DNA from: a candidate division WOR-3 bacterium
GTDB lineage: Bacteria > Hydrothermota > Tepidihabitantia > Tepidihabitantales > Tepidihabitantaceae
Length of the DNA: 64,000 nt
Direction of reading: 5' to 3'
Assembly: GCA_013177935.1 (NCBI GenBank)
Contig: JABLXZ010000004.1
Span: forward strand, 340,059-404,058
Shown here: positions 29,555-39,757 of the stretch, in pieces
Layout of the letters: every line of letters starts with the position of its first letter
Numbering within the stretch: position 1 is the first letter of the stretch
Notes under the pieces: generated by a model
The model's input: only the letters and a program-made list of their open reading frames with translations
Told to the model about the DNA's origin: nothing
Database searches by the model: none
Position numbers and translations under genes: made by a program

Positions 29555-30162
29555 ACCTGTTTGAACGACTCACACAAGGTAAAACCGTTAAACTCATCGC
29601 CGGATTAAAAATTGACGCCGCGCCGCAGAGCGATGGCAAATGGCGGTTCGCAGTTGAATTTCCGGTAAAAGCCCAGAAACCGGACTATGTCCTGTTAGCC
29701 CTGCACTATTTGAGCCACACTCTTGCCCGTTTTCCCAAACAGGAGTCCCGGGGCTATGAAATGGCAACCAATCTCCGGGCGATGCTCACCTTGATTGTCA
29801 ACGAAGGGGTCTGGCCCGGTTCGGATTTGATTCGCTATGCCGATGCCCAGGACAAAATTGTTCTGCTTGAGCCCGGGAAAATCGCCAATGGCGAAACAAT
29901 TTACGCCGCGCTGATTGTTGCTCCGGGCAGCGGTGAACCGGACCTGGCGTTTGAAGAGCCCATCAAAGTTGCCGATGAAGGGCTGGTATTTTCGGTTGTT
30001 GCCGTGTTGCAGGCGCTCTTAAAAATCCTCGACCCGGAAACAATCGACCGTTTGGACCACGCCCTGCGCTACTTCAACTCCTACCTTGACGAAGGGGCAA
30101 GTTGTGCTGACCTGGCAACCGCCTGCAACCTTGCCAACCGGGCGTTCAAAGCCAGCGCCTGA
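29551..30162 (+). CDS. hypothetical protein
   Basis: 203-aa ORF with ATGA overlap to glnS. Confidence 0.7.
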   Translation: MNLFERLTQGKTVKLIAGLKIDAAPQSDGKWRFAVEFPVKAQKPDYVLLALHYLSHTLARFPKQESRGYEMATNLRAMLTLIVNEGVWPGSDLIRYADAQDKIVLLEPGKIANGETIYAALIVAPGSGEPDLAFEEPIKVADEGLVFSVVAVLQALLKILDPETIDRLDHALRYFNSYLDEGASCADLATACNLANRAFKASA

Positions 30163-30172
30163 ACCCGCCTAA

Positions 30173-33100
30173 TTACCCCTGTTGCCGCTTGCGTCGTTCC
30201 GAGCGGGTCTCAAATATCGTATAAAGAACCGGAATGAACACGAGCGGTAAAAAGGTGGAGACAATCATACCACCAACAATCGCTCTGCCCAGGGGTGACC
30301 ACAACTCTGAACCCTCGCCAATCTGAAACGCTAAGGGCAGCATCCCGAAAATCGTGGTCAAAGATGTCATCAAGATGGGCCGGAGCCGAATCCGTCCCGC
30401 CTCTTTGACCGCATCAATCAAACCCATTCCCCGCTCCCGGCGCAATCGGTTGGTATAGTCAATGTACACAATCCCGTTGTTCACCACCACACCCACGAGA
30501 ATCAGAAGCCCTAAAAGCGAAATCACCGAAAGGGTTGTCCGGGTCAAAAACAGAATCCAGAGCACCCCAATCAGGGCAAAGGGCATCGTGAACATAATGA
30601 TGAACGGGTCGCGCAGCGACTCAAACTGAGACGCCATTACGACAAACACCAGAACGAGCGCAATCAAAATTACTAAGGCGAAGTCCCGGAAGGTTCGGGT
30701 CATCTCTTCGTAAGAGCCGGAAAGTTTCAATGTGAAGCCGGTAGGTATCGGAATGTCCTTGATTGCCCGGGCGATTTTCTGTGCCGCCTGACCCGCAGAG
30801 ATGCCCACATTACGGGCGGTAATCTTGACAATCCGCTCGTTGTTCTTCCGCTCAATCTCCAGTGGACCGGTGCTGGTGCGCACCGTGACCAGATTGCCCA
30901 GCGGCACCGGACCAGTGGGGCTGGGTACAAATGTGCCTAAAATCTCCACCAGTTCATCGCGCTGCTCTTCGGGCAGGCGAATCAAAATGTCGTACTCCTT
31001 ACCGCCCAATCGGTAAACGGTTGGTGCATTACCCTCCACCTCGGTGCGCAGTGCCGCACCAATCTGATAAGGGGTCAAGCCGTAGAGCGCCGCCTTCTGC
31101 CGGTCCACCACCAGTTGCAGTTCGGGCTTGCCAGGCTGACGGCTGGATTTGATGTCCACCAGTCCGGGTATCGTCTCAATTGCGGCGATAACCTTACGGG
31201 TCAAACTGTCCGCAGTAGCGAGGTCGTAGCCGGTTATGTCAAGTTCCACCCCGGAACTGGTTCCTGCCATACTGGTGAAACTGAACTCCTGGACATAAAC
31301 CTTTAACCCCGGAATTGTTGCGGCAAAGCGCCGGATATCCTGGTCAATCTCTTCAACCGAATGCTTACGCAGGCGTTTTGGCTTCAAAACGATGTTCAGA
31401 AGTCCGGAATGGCTGCCCGAAGAGCCGCCCATAATCGCCACAAACCCGGTGCCGGTGCCCAGTTGCACCGCCACACCCTCAATCTCATCCTGCCACCGTT
31501 CCTGGACATAGTTCTCCAGTTTCCGTACCGCACTGTCGGTAACTGCAAGGTTGGTTCCCACTGGCATCTCCACCTGTAATCGGTGAAACTGGCTCTCCTG
31601 GACCGGGAAAAACTCGGTCCCGATAAAACGCACCAGCCCAAGACTGACGCCCAGAATCACCACCGCACCAAAAACCACCAGCCGCTTATGCCCCAATGCC
31701 CAGCCAATCAAACGGGCATAGCCATCTTCAATCCGCTGGTAAAACCGCTCGCTCCACTTTCGGATGCCGCTAATTGCCGGCTTCGGGTCGGGCAGATACC
31801 GGCTAGTTAAGGTCGGAATCAAAGTCAAAGCGATAACGAGCGAAGCGACCAGCGCGCCGACAACCGCCCAAACTAACTGGGGAAATATCACCTGGAGAAA
31901 ACCGCGCACCAGAAGCAAAGGCAGAAACACGACAATCGTGGTCAGAGTGGAAGCGGTAATCGCCATCGCCACCTCATCGGCACCAACACTTGCCGCCCGA
32001 AACCGCTCGGTACCGCGCTCCCGATGCCGGAAAATCGCCTCAAAAACCACAATACCATTATCCACCACCATCCCGACCGCAATCGCCAGACCCGCCATTG
32101 ACAGGATGTTGACCGAATAACCCAAAAGGAACATAAAGAACAGGGCAAAGAAAACCGAAAGCGGAATCGCAAACGCAACAAACAGCGTTGCCCGGAACCG
32201 GCGTAGAAACAGAAACAGAATAAACACCGCGAGGATGCCACCGAGCAGGATGTTGTAAACCACATTGGAAATTGAGCGGGTAATCTCCTTGGACGAGTCA
32301 AAGATAACCTCGTGCTCAACCCCGGCTGGTAAAATTGAACTCAACTCCTTCAGTTCTGCCCGTGCTGCCCGGGCAACCTGCACCGGATTGGCATCAGGCC
32401 GGCGCTGGACAACCACAAAAATCGCACTACCCTGATTGTACCGTGCCACGGTCAAAACCTCTTCTGGTCCCCAGTCAACATCGGCGATGTCCTTCAAAAG
32501 AATCGGACTCTGACCTTTCATCCCGACCACGGTGTTGCGCACCTGGTCCAAATCGGTGTACTCGCCCAAAAGCCGGATGAGAAACTCCTTGCCCTGACTC
32601 GTAACCCTTCCCACCGGGTAGTTAAGGTTCTGCGCCTGCAGGGTCAGATTGAGCGCATCAATCGTAATGCCCGCAGCGAGCAGTTTCTCCTCTTTAACCT
32701 TCACCTGTAACTGGCGCTTGGTCCCGCCTGCAACCATCGCGGTCGCCACACCCGGCACCCTTTGCAACCCATCTGCCAGGTCCTCTGCCACATCGCGCAT
32801 AAGCAACTGGTCAACATCGCCGTAAAGGGCAATCTGTAAAACCGGCATCATTGACGCATCCAGTTTGAAAACCGCGGGCCGGGAAGCGGCATCGGGCAAC
32901 ATCGCCACCGCCATATCCAGCCGGTCGCGCACATCCGCTGCCGCCGCATCTAAGTTTGTGCCCCAGGCAAACTGCAACTGCACAATTGAGATGTTTTCCA
33001 GCGACCGGGAGGAAATCTCCTTTAAGTTGGAGATTGTACCCACCCGCTCCTCAATCACTTTGGTAACCTCAGCCTCAACCTCCTGCGGTCCCGCACCAGG

Positions 33101-33253
33101 ATAAGATGTAACGACAATCATCATCGGCAGGGTAACCGGTGGCAGGATATCAACCGGCATCCGGGAAACGCCCACCACCCCGAACAGCACCAGAACCAGG
33201 GAGACCAGAATTGTCGTTACCGGTCGCTTAATTGATGTATCGGTCAGTTTCAT
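30173..33253 (-). CDS. RND efflux permease (AcrB/SwrC-like)
   Basis: SIKRPV, GMVVDNGIVV.E, R.RPILMT, multiple TM segments. Confidence 0.95.
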   Translation of the reverse strand: MKLTDTSIKRPVTTILVSLVLVLFGVVGVSRMPVDILPPVTLPMMIVVTSYPGAGPQEVEAEVTKVIEERVGTISNLKEISSRSLENISIVQLQFAWGTNLDAAAADVRDRLDMAVAMLPDAASRPAVFKLDASMMPVLQIALYGDVDQLLMRDVAEDLADGLQRVPGVATAMVAGGTKRQLQVKVKEEKLLAAGITIDALNLTLQAQNLNYPVGRVTSQGKEFLIRLLGEYTDLDQVRNTVVGMKGQSPILLKDIADVDWGPEEVLTVARYNQGSAIFVVVQRRPDANPVQVARAARAELKELSSILPAGVEHEVIFDSSKEITRSISNVVYNILLGGILAVFILFLFLRRFRATLFVAFAIPLSVFFALFFMFLLGYSVNILSMAGLAIAVGMVVDNGIVVFEAIFRHRERGTERFRAASVGADEVAMAITASTLTTIVVFLPLLLVRGFLQVIFPQLVWAVVGALVASLVIALTLIPTLTSRYLPDPKPAISGIRKWSERFYQRIEDGYARLIGWALGHKRLVVFGAVVILGVSLGLVRFIGTEFFPVQESQFHRLQVEMPVGTNLAVTDSAVRKLENYVQERWQDEIEGVAVQLGTGTGFVAIMGGSSGSHSGLLNIVLKPKRLRKHSVEEIDQDIRRFAATIPGLKVYVQEFSFTSMAGTSSGVELDITGYDLATADSLTRKVIAAIETIPGLVDIKSSRQPGKPELQLVVDRQKAALYGLTPYQIGAALRTEVEGNAPTVYRLGGKEYDILIRLPEEQRDELVEILGTFVPSPTGPVPLGNLVTVRTSTGPLEIERKNNERIVKITARNVGISAGQAAQKIARAIKDIPIPTGFTLKLSGSYEEMTRTFRDFALVILIALVLVFVVMASQFESLRDPFIIMFTMPFALIGVLWILFLTRTTLSVISLLGLLILVGVVVNNGIVYIDYTNRLRRERGMGLIDAVKEAGRIRLRPILMTSLTTIFGMLPLAFQIGEGSELWSPLGRAIVGGMIVSTFLPLVFIPVLYTIFETRSERRKRQQG

Positions 33254-34209
33254 TGTCCACCCGCCTCCACCGGATTCACCTTCTGCCCTTCCTTGACACC
33301 TTCCTTACCGGTCGTCGCCACCTTCTCACCCGGTTCCAGCCCTTCAATCACCTCAACCCACTCATCACCCCGCAAACCAAACCTTACCGGCTGGAGATGG
33401 GCGATGCCATCTCTTACCACCACCACCCGTTCCTCACCGGTGGCAAACAGCGCGGCGAGCGGCACCATCACCACATCCTTCTTCTCCTCAACCACCAGCC
33501 GTGCCATTCCTGCCATTCCCGGCACCAGACTACGCCGGTAATTGGGAATAGAGATTTCCACTGTTGCCGAACGGGACATCGGGTCAAGCATCGGTGCCAC
33601 CCTCGTAACCACTCCACTAAACGCACTTTCGCCTGCCGCTGAGAAAAAGACCCGCGCCTTGAGTCCGGGTTTAACAAAAGGCAAATCCGTCTCACTCACC
33701 AGCGCCTTCATCTTAATCCGGTCCGAAAACCGCGCCACCGCGGCAAAAGGCATCGTCGGTGCCACGGTCTGGCCCACCTCAACATAAACCTTGCCCACCA
33801 CACCGGCAATCGGCGAGCGCACCGGTCCGGGCTTGTAGTCCATACCGGGAATGTCGTTCACCACATAACCAATCGGCTCATCCGGACCAACCACCGAACC
33901 CTCCGGTTTGGTAATTTCGGTCACCCTGCCGGTGATTTTGGAATAGACCAGAACCTGCTCCTCACCCTGCAACACCCCGAGCAGTTGAATCGAACGGCTC
34001 ACCGTGCCCCGTGGTACTGTGACCACCGTGACCGCCGGTACTATCGCCTCTTTTTCCTTTTTACCGGAGCGGGACTGGCAACCCGGCGCCGCCACAATTG
34101 TCAGAACCATCGTCGCCGCCACCACACAACTTAACACCCGCCGCAAAATCGGGTCCGTACCGTCAATTACCGCTTTCCCCTTCACTAACTTCTTAAAAAT
34201 GTTTCTCAT
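33250..34209 (-). CDS. RND periplasmic adaptor (MFP)
   Basis: SKITGRV, SPIAGVV, PGM, GLEPGE.V. Confidence 0.9.
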   Translation of the reverse strand: MRNIFKKLVKGKAVIDGTDPILRRVLSCVVAATMVLTIVAAPGCQSRSGKKEKEAIVPAVTVVTVPRGTVSRSIQLLGVLQGEEQVLVYSKITGRVTEITKPEGSVVGPDEPIGYVVNDIPGMDYKPGPVRSPIAGVVGKVYVEVGQTVAPTMPFAAVARFSDRIKMKALVSETDLPFVKPGLKARVFFSAAGESAFSGVVTRVAPMLDPMSRSATVEISIPNYRRSLVPGMAGMARLVVEEKKDVVMVPLAALFATGEERVVVVRDGIAHLQPVRFGLRGDEWVEVIEGLEPGEKVATTGKEGVKEGQKVNPVEAGGQ

Positions 34210-34222
34210 AATTCACTCCTCC

Positions 34223-35623
34223 TTAAAATTCACCGACCGCCCGCAAAAACCGTGCCCGGGCAATCTGATAATTGGCAAGGGCGTTGAGATAGGCGACCCG
34301 GCTCTGGGTCAACTGCAACTGGATGTCTAAAAACTCCAGATTGGTAATCAGCCCATTCTGATACCGCTCCTCTGCCAGCCGGAACGCCTCCTCTGCCACC
34401 TTCACATTCTCGCCCTGATAAACAATGTTGTTCTTCTCCTGACCTAAACTGGCGAGTGCCGCCTGAACATCAAGGTCAATCGCACTCTCCACCATCTTCA
34501 AAGACAGAAACGCCTGGCGGTACTTTGACTGCGCCTGCTTCAGTTTGTGGTAGTTGGTCAAGCCGGTAAAAATCGGCAGCGACAGACCAACCGTTGCGTT
34601 CCAGTCCTTACCCCACTCATCCTTAAAACCGACCGGTTTCTTGTAGTCAAAGTTTGCCGCGGCAAACAGTGTGGGCAGGTTTGCGGTCCGGGCGATGCGC
34701 ACCGACCGGTCCGCAATCTGCACCAGCCGGCGCAACTGCGCCAGTTCGGGCCGATTTTCCTTTGCCCGGCGCCGGGCACCCGCAGTGTCAAGACCGGTCG
34801 TTTCCGCTGCCAGTTCGCTCTCGAGCACAAACACCGTGCCCGGTTCCAGTCCAAGTAGATTTGCCAGCGCTGCCCGGGCAAGTTCTGCCCCATTTTTCAC
34901 CTGGGCAACCTGATTCGCCACATTGGTCAAACTGACCCGCGCCCGCATCACATCCAAACGGCTTGCCAGCCCGTTGTCGTAAAGTTTTTCCACCTGCGCA
35001 ACATGGCGCTGCAACTGTTCATAAGACTCGTTGAGCAGTTGCGCACTCTTCTCAGCAAGGAGCGCCTGAAAAAACGCCTGGACTGCGGAAAACTTGGTCT
35101 CCTGGCGTGCCTGGTCCCGTGCCGCCTTCTGCGCCTCCAGACTCAGACCGGCAATCTGATACGCATTAATCAGTTTACCCCAGGTGAAAAGCGTCTGCTG
35201 CACCGTGCCCCGCAACAGGTAGTTGTTCTGGGAACCGAGCGCCATCCTTACTGTGTCCGCACCCACCGGCAGCGGCACCGAATCGGTAAAACCGATTATC
35301 TGTCCGGTAACCGGGTCGTAAACCCGCAACGGCAGCATCTGGTAAACCGGCGCCACCATCTCAAACTGGTTGACCGCACCGAGCCGGGTGTAACTTCCCG
35401 AAGCCGAAATCTGGGGCAGAAAACTGCCAAACGCCGCACCTTTGCCCGCTGCCGCCTCCAGAACCTTCTCCTCATTCTGCTTTAACTGGTAGTTGTTCTT
35501 CAGTGCCAGTTCCACCGCCCGCTCCACCGTAAGCACCAGCGTATCGGCGCGGGCAACCGGCAGCGCCAGAACAAAAATCAGACCGGAAATAAAAAACCAG
35601 ATACTCCTTTTTCTCATACTCAT
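34223..35623 (-). CDS. TolC-family outer membrane protein
   Basis: Signal peptide, AVELALKNN, LPQIS, RPEL, ERYQNG...LEFLD. Confidence 0.92.
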   Translation of the reverse strand: MSMRKRSIWFFISGLIFVLALPVARADTLVLTVERAVELALKNNYQLKQNEEKVLEAAAGKGAAFGSFLPQISASGSYTRLGAVNQFEMVAPVYQMLPLRVYDPVTGQIIGFTDSVPLPVGADTVRMALGSQNNYLLRGTVQQTLFTWGKLINAYQIAGLSLEAQKAARDQARQETKFSAVQAFFQALLAEKSAQLLNESYEQLQRHVAQVEKLYDNGLASRLDVMRARVSLTNVANQVAQVKNGAELARAALANLLGLEPGTVFVLESELAAETTGLDTAGARRRAKENRPELAQLRRLVQIADRSVRIARTANLPTLFAAANFDYKKPVGFKDEWGKDWNATVGLSLPIFTGLTNYHKLKQAQSKYRQAFLSLKMVESAIDLDVQAALASLGQEKNNIVYQGENVKVAEEAFRLAEERYQNGLITNLEFLDIQLQLTQSRVAYLNALANYQIARARFLRAVGEF

Positions 35624-36204
35624 CTCCTTATCCCGTTAAAGAAAATGTCCAGCGCCTTCACCGGCGCCGCCTTTACCCCCAGCCGATGGCTGGTAACGAG
35701 CAGTGCGGCGCGAAAGGCGTTTAAAAATGAGAGTGCGGCGAGCCGCGGCTCCACCGACCGAAACTCACCCTGCCGAACTCCCGCCTTAACCAGTCGGGCG
35801 ATGTCGTCCACCAGACCCCTGATTTCCGGCAGCACCTGCTCGTGAAACCGCCGGCTAATCTCACACCGCTCCTCCCGCAGCTCCGGAAACACCAAATCAA
35901 CCGCCGCGGGCTTGCTACTCAAACTCTCCACCCAGCGCGCAAACACCCGACGCAACTTATCGCTCGGGGTGCGCTCCTCCTGGGCAACCTCGGCAACAAT
36001 CGCGCGTGCCTGACTGATGAGCCACTTCACCATCCCGACATACAAATCGGGCTTGTCTTGAAAATAAAGATAGACCGTGCCCTTGGCAACACCCGCCTTC
36101 CGGGCAACATCGTCCATCTTCGTCTCGTAATACCCCTTATCGCAGACGACATTGAACGCCGCCTGCAAAATCATTTCCCGTCGGGCTTTTGATTTCCGTT
36201 TCAT
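35620..36204 (-). CDS. TetR/AcrR family regulator
   Basis: KGY..T.MDDVARKAGVAKGTVYLYF. Confidence 0.95.
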   Translation of the reverse strand: MKRKSKARREMILQAAFNVVCDKGYYETKMDDVARKAGVAKGTVYLYFQDKPDLYVGMVKWLISQARAIVAEVAQEERTPSDKLRRVFARWVESLSSKPAAVDLVFPELREERCEISRRFHEQVLPEIRGLVDDIARLVKAGVRQGEFRSVEPRLAALSFLNAFRAALLVTSHRLGVKAAPVKALDIFFNGIRR

Positions 36205-36212
36205 ATTTCAAA

Positions 36213-36256
36213 ACTGACCGGTCAGTCATTATACCCAATCAACCCCTGCCCGTCAA
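36213..36256 (-). promoter_or_regulatory. efflux operon promoter and probable TetR operator
   Basis: TTGACG (36251-36256)-N17-TATAAT (36228-36233); perfect palindrome ACTGACCGGTCAGT (36213-36226) over the predicted start site. Confidence 0.8.
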
Positions 36257-36337
36257 GAAAAATTTTCTTGCCAATCAATTATTATCTGCTATGATAACTC
36301 TTTGAGACAATCAGGCTAACAAAGAGAGGAGTTAACT

Positions 36338-37819
36338 ATGAGCGTTTCCGGTTCATTAGCAGCGGTCATCAAAGAGCAACTCCAGCGGGCACTGGACCGC
36401 GGCTGCTCTTTTGCCGATGTCCGCTATTACGAAGAAGACTCCACCCAGAGCCTGGTGCTCTACGACGGCAACCTGGAAGGCAACTACCGCCGTTTTGAGC
36501 GGGGCATCGGGGTTCGGGTGTTGAAAAATGGCGCAATCGGATTTGCCGCCACCGCCGACCTTGAACGCATCCCGGACTGCTTTGACCGCGCCCTCGCCAA
36601 CGCCGAAGCCGCCGCGGCCCTTTTGGGCTTCCCCAAAGATATGGGCAGTGAGAAACCGGTGCACGGCACCTATAAACCGCCTTTCCAAAAAGACCCGTTC
36701 ACCATTCCCCTGCCCGAAATCCTCAACCTCTTAAACACCATTGACCGCCAGTTGAACGAAAAACCGGTTGAGCACCGGATGGTGCGCTTCCACTTCCAGA
36801 AGCGGCACATCTACTACTTCAACACCGAAGGCAGCGAAATTGAACGCTGGGTGATGAACCCGTTTGCCAATATGACGGTGATGGCGCGGGACAAAGAGAA
36901 CCGTACCCAGCGCCGCTCCTACGACCTTGAGTCGGACGGCACCGGCTCGCGCGGCTTTGAATGGGTTGAGAACCCCGCCGCATTTGCTGTGCACGCTGAC
37001 CGCATTAAGAGCGAGTTGAGCCAGTTACTTTCGGCTGAAACCCTGCCTCCGGCACGCCGCGATGTGATTCTTCTTCCCGGACAGGGACACCTCCAGGTCC
37101 ACGAAACGATTGGCCACCCTCTGGAACTGGACCGCATCCTTGGCTATGAACTGTCCTTTGCCGGTGGCTCCCATGTCAAGCCCCAGGACATCGGCACCCT
37201 GCGCTACGGCTCGGAAAAACTGAATGCGGTGGTGATGGTTGTGGAGAACTCGCCCGGCACCTTTGGCTATGACGACGAAGGCACACCCCAGCACCAGTAC
37301 TACCTGATTAAAAACGGGATATTAGTCAATGTTCTCTGCTCGCGCATTGACCTCGGGGAAGCGAACGCCAAAGCGGGCAAAAAGGTTGTTGAGAAGTCGG
37401 GCGCCTCAGCCCGGGCTGCCGGCTTCTACAAAACCCCGATTGACCGTATGACCAATGTCTGCGTTGAATGGGGTTCAGACGGCACCCTTGAAGACATCGT
37501 CAAGGCGACGGAAAACGGTGTCATCCTTGATATGCCGGTCTCCTGGTCAATCGGCTCCAACCGGGAACACTTCCACTTCGGCTGTGAAATCGCCTGGGAA
37601 GTCAAGGACGGCAGACGCACCAAAGTTTACAAAAACCCCACCTATCAGGGCCACACCCTTGAATTCTACAACTCCCTTGATATGGTAGGCGACCGCTCAA
37701 CCTGGCGTCTAATTCAGGTGCCCAACTGCGGCAAAGGCGAACCAAATCAGATAATGGAAGTCGGTCACGGCGTGCCGGTGATGCGCTTCCGCAATGTCCT
37801 GACCGGAGAAGGGAGGTAA
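36338..37819 (+). CDS. tldD: TldD family metalloprotease
   Basis: HETIGH (HExxxH), DDEG, P.DRMTN, CGKGEP.Q...VGHG. Confidence 0.92.
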   Translation: MSVSGSLAAVIKEQLQRALDRGCSFADVRYYEEDSTQSLVLYDGNLEGNYRRFERGIGVRVLKNGAIGFAATADLERIPDCFDRALANAEAAAALLGFPKDMGSEKPVHGTYKPPFQKDPFTIPLPEILNLLNTIDRQLNEKPVEHRMVRFHFQKRHIYYFNTEGSEIERWVMNPFANMTVMARDKENRTQRRSYDLESDGTGSRGFEWVENPAAFAVHADRIKSELSQLLSAETLPPARRDVILLPGQGHLQVHETIGHPLELDRILGYELSFAGGSHVKPQDIGTLRYGSEKLNAVVMVVENSPGTFGYDDEGTPQHQYYLIKNGILVNVLCSRIDLGEANAKAGKKVVEKSGASARAAGFYKTPIDRMTNVCVEWGSDGTLEDIVKATENGVILDMPVSWSIGSNREHFHFGCEIAWEVKDGRRTKVYKNPTYQGHTLEFYNSLDMVGDRSTWRLIQVPNCGKGEPNQIMEVGHGVPVMRFRNVLTGEGR

Positions 37820-37822
37820 AAA

Positions 37823-39202
37823 ATGCTCGAACCCAAACTGCGCGACCTTATCGTTCAGGTACGCAACTATGCGCGCCAGAAAGGCATCAACGCCGAGTTT
37901 TCCCTGCATCGGGAACGCTCCAGCCTTATCCGGCTCGGCAACTCAGCAATCGCCCTCTCCACCTCCGAAGAACTCACCCGGCTTGACATCTCGGTAATGC
38001 AGGGACGCCGGGTTGGCGCCATCTCCTTGACCGCAAACCTCACCAGTTTGGACCAGTTGAAGACCGCACTCCATCAGGCAGAAGAGAACTGCCGCAACGC
38101 CCTGCCCAAAGACTACGACCCCATCTTCGGTGTGGTTGAAGAGCCCATCGCCGACACCACCGGTTATGACCCGGCACTGGAAAACCTCTCGCCTCAGGCA
38201 AAAGCCGACCTGTGCGCCCGGGTGATTAAAACGGTCAAGCCCAAAGGCAACTACGACTTCTCCGGCTCCTGGTCCACCGGTTCCACCGAAATCTACTACA
38301 CCACCACCGCCAACGACCACGAAGCCTATCGCCGCCTAACCGATGGCAAACTGGTCATCGTGCTCAAAGAGCAGGTCAAAAAGTGGGAACTCTCGGTAAA
38401 CCGCACCCAGAAAAAGGCAAACGAGTTTGACGCCGACGGCATCATCGCCGAACTGGAAACCCTTTTGCCCATCTATGAGCAGAACCCGGGCTTTCACCCG
38501 CAAATTGGACCGCAGAAGGTCCTGTTCGGCGCGGGCGCGATTGCCGACCTGCTGGGCTTGTGCCTCTGGGGTGGCTTTATCGGCAGGTTCTACGAAGAAG
38601 GCAGAGCCTTCACCTCCAAATACAAGTTCGGTGACAAAATCTTCTCCGAACACATCACGATTGTTGACGACCCGGCAAACCAACTCGTGTTCCAGATGCC
38701 CTTTGACTTCATCGGCAAGCGGCGCAAACTGTTCAAACTGGTGGAAAAAGGTGTGTTCGCGGGTATGCCTTACGACTCCCAGACCGCAGCAAAGTACAAA
38801 AAACAACCCACGGGCCACGACATTGAAAACTGGGATTTGGTAATGGTGACCGGCACCGGTCCTGCAGACTTAAACCAGGCGCTCCAACTTGCGGACAATG
38901 CCCTTTACATCCCCCATCTCCACTACACCCACCTTCCTGACCCAACCCGCGGCATCTTCACCGGCTCCTCCCGGTTCAACGCCCTCCTGATTAAAGACGG
39001 CAAATTCGTTGCACCTATCTTCTCCTCGCGCATCACCGACGCCATACCCAACCTGTTCAATCAGGTGATTGCGGTCTCATCGCAGGCGGTTGCCGAAAAT
39101 GTGTCCTCAACCTATGAACGCCGCACCCCTTCTGCCTATGCGGTGCCATCCTGGCTCCTCTGCGACAAAGTCAACATTTCGGATGTGGCGGACAGTTTCT
39201 GA
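37823..39202 (+). CDS. pmbA: TldE/PmbA family protein
   Basis: Partner directly after tldD; PFD..G, TG.SR motifs; no HExxH. Confidence 0.8.
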   Translation: MLEPKLRDLIVQVRNYARQKGINAEFSLHRERSSLIRLGNSAIALSTSEELTRLDISVMQGRRVGAISLTANLTSLDQLKTALHQAEENCRNALPKDYDPIFGVVEEPIADTTGYDPALENLSPQAKADLCARVIKTVKPKGNYDFSGSWSTGSTEIYYTTTANDHEAYRRLTDGKLVIVLKEQVKKWELSVNRTQKKANEFDADGIIAELETLLPIYEQNPGFHPQIGPQKVLFGAGAIADLLGLCLWGGFIGRFYEEGRAFTSKYKFGDKIFSEHITIVDDPANQLVFQMPFDFIGKRRKLFKLVEKGVFAGMPYDSQTAAKYKKQPTGHDIENWDLVMVTGTGPADLNQALQLADNALYIPHLHYTHLPDPTRGIFTGSSRFNALLIKDGKFVAPIFSSRITDAIPNLFNQVIAVSSQAVAENVSSTYERRTPSAYAVPSWLLCDKVNISDVADSF

Positions 39203-39257
39203 TGGGCTTCTTGACTTAAACCGATTTTGCGGTTATTTTTAACTGAAAATGACCGAT

Positions 39258-39339
39258 GCCGAGGTGGCGGAAATGGCAGACGCGCTAGCCTCAGGAGTTA
39301 GTGGGGAAACCCATGGGGGTTCAAATCCCCCCCTCGGCA
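39258..39339 (+). tRNA. tRNA-Leu(CAG), CCA not encoded
   Basis: Acceptor GCCGAGG/CCTCGGC, anticodon arm CTAGC-CTCAGGA-GTTAG, GTTCAAATC; promoter TTGACT-N17-TATTTT upstream. Confidence 0.95.
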
Positions 39340-39757
39340 TTAAAACATTCTAACAACACTAATTCGCCCGCTTTCGCCGGTTCAAGAGCGAATTCCGCTA
39401 TCTCATTTAGAGTCTGAAAACAGCAAACTTTCACGCCCGAGATTTTTACCCGCAGGATAACAAACAGACTCTCAAACAGTTAGCCAGTTTAGCCTGTTTG
39501 AAATAAGGTCAACCCCACCCCCGTTACCGGGATTACCTCTCACACCCCCTTTATTAGCCATCTTGGCACAACAGCACACTCCAATTCCCTTTTTAAACTA
39601 ACTCCTGCCCGCGCTTCGCAACTACCTAACTACTTAACTTCTCTCCCCCTGCAAAACTCTGCCGCCTTTGAGACCACTCCAGAGAATCAAGTAGTCTGTC
39701 AAGAACCCAAACCTGCACTTCAGAAAGGTATGCCCTCTTTTCCAGCGCCCTTTTCGC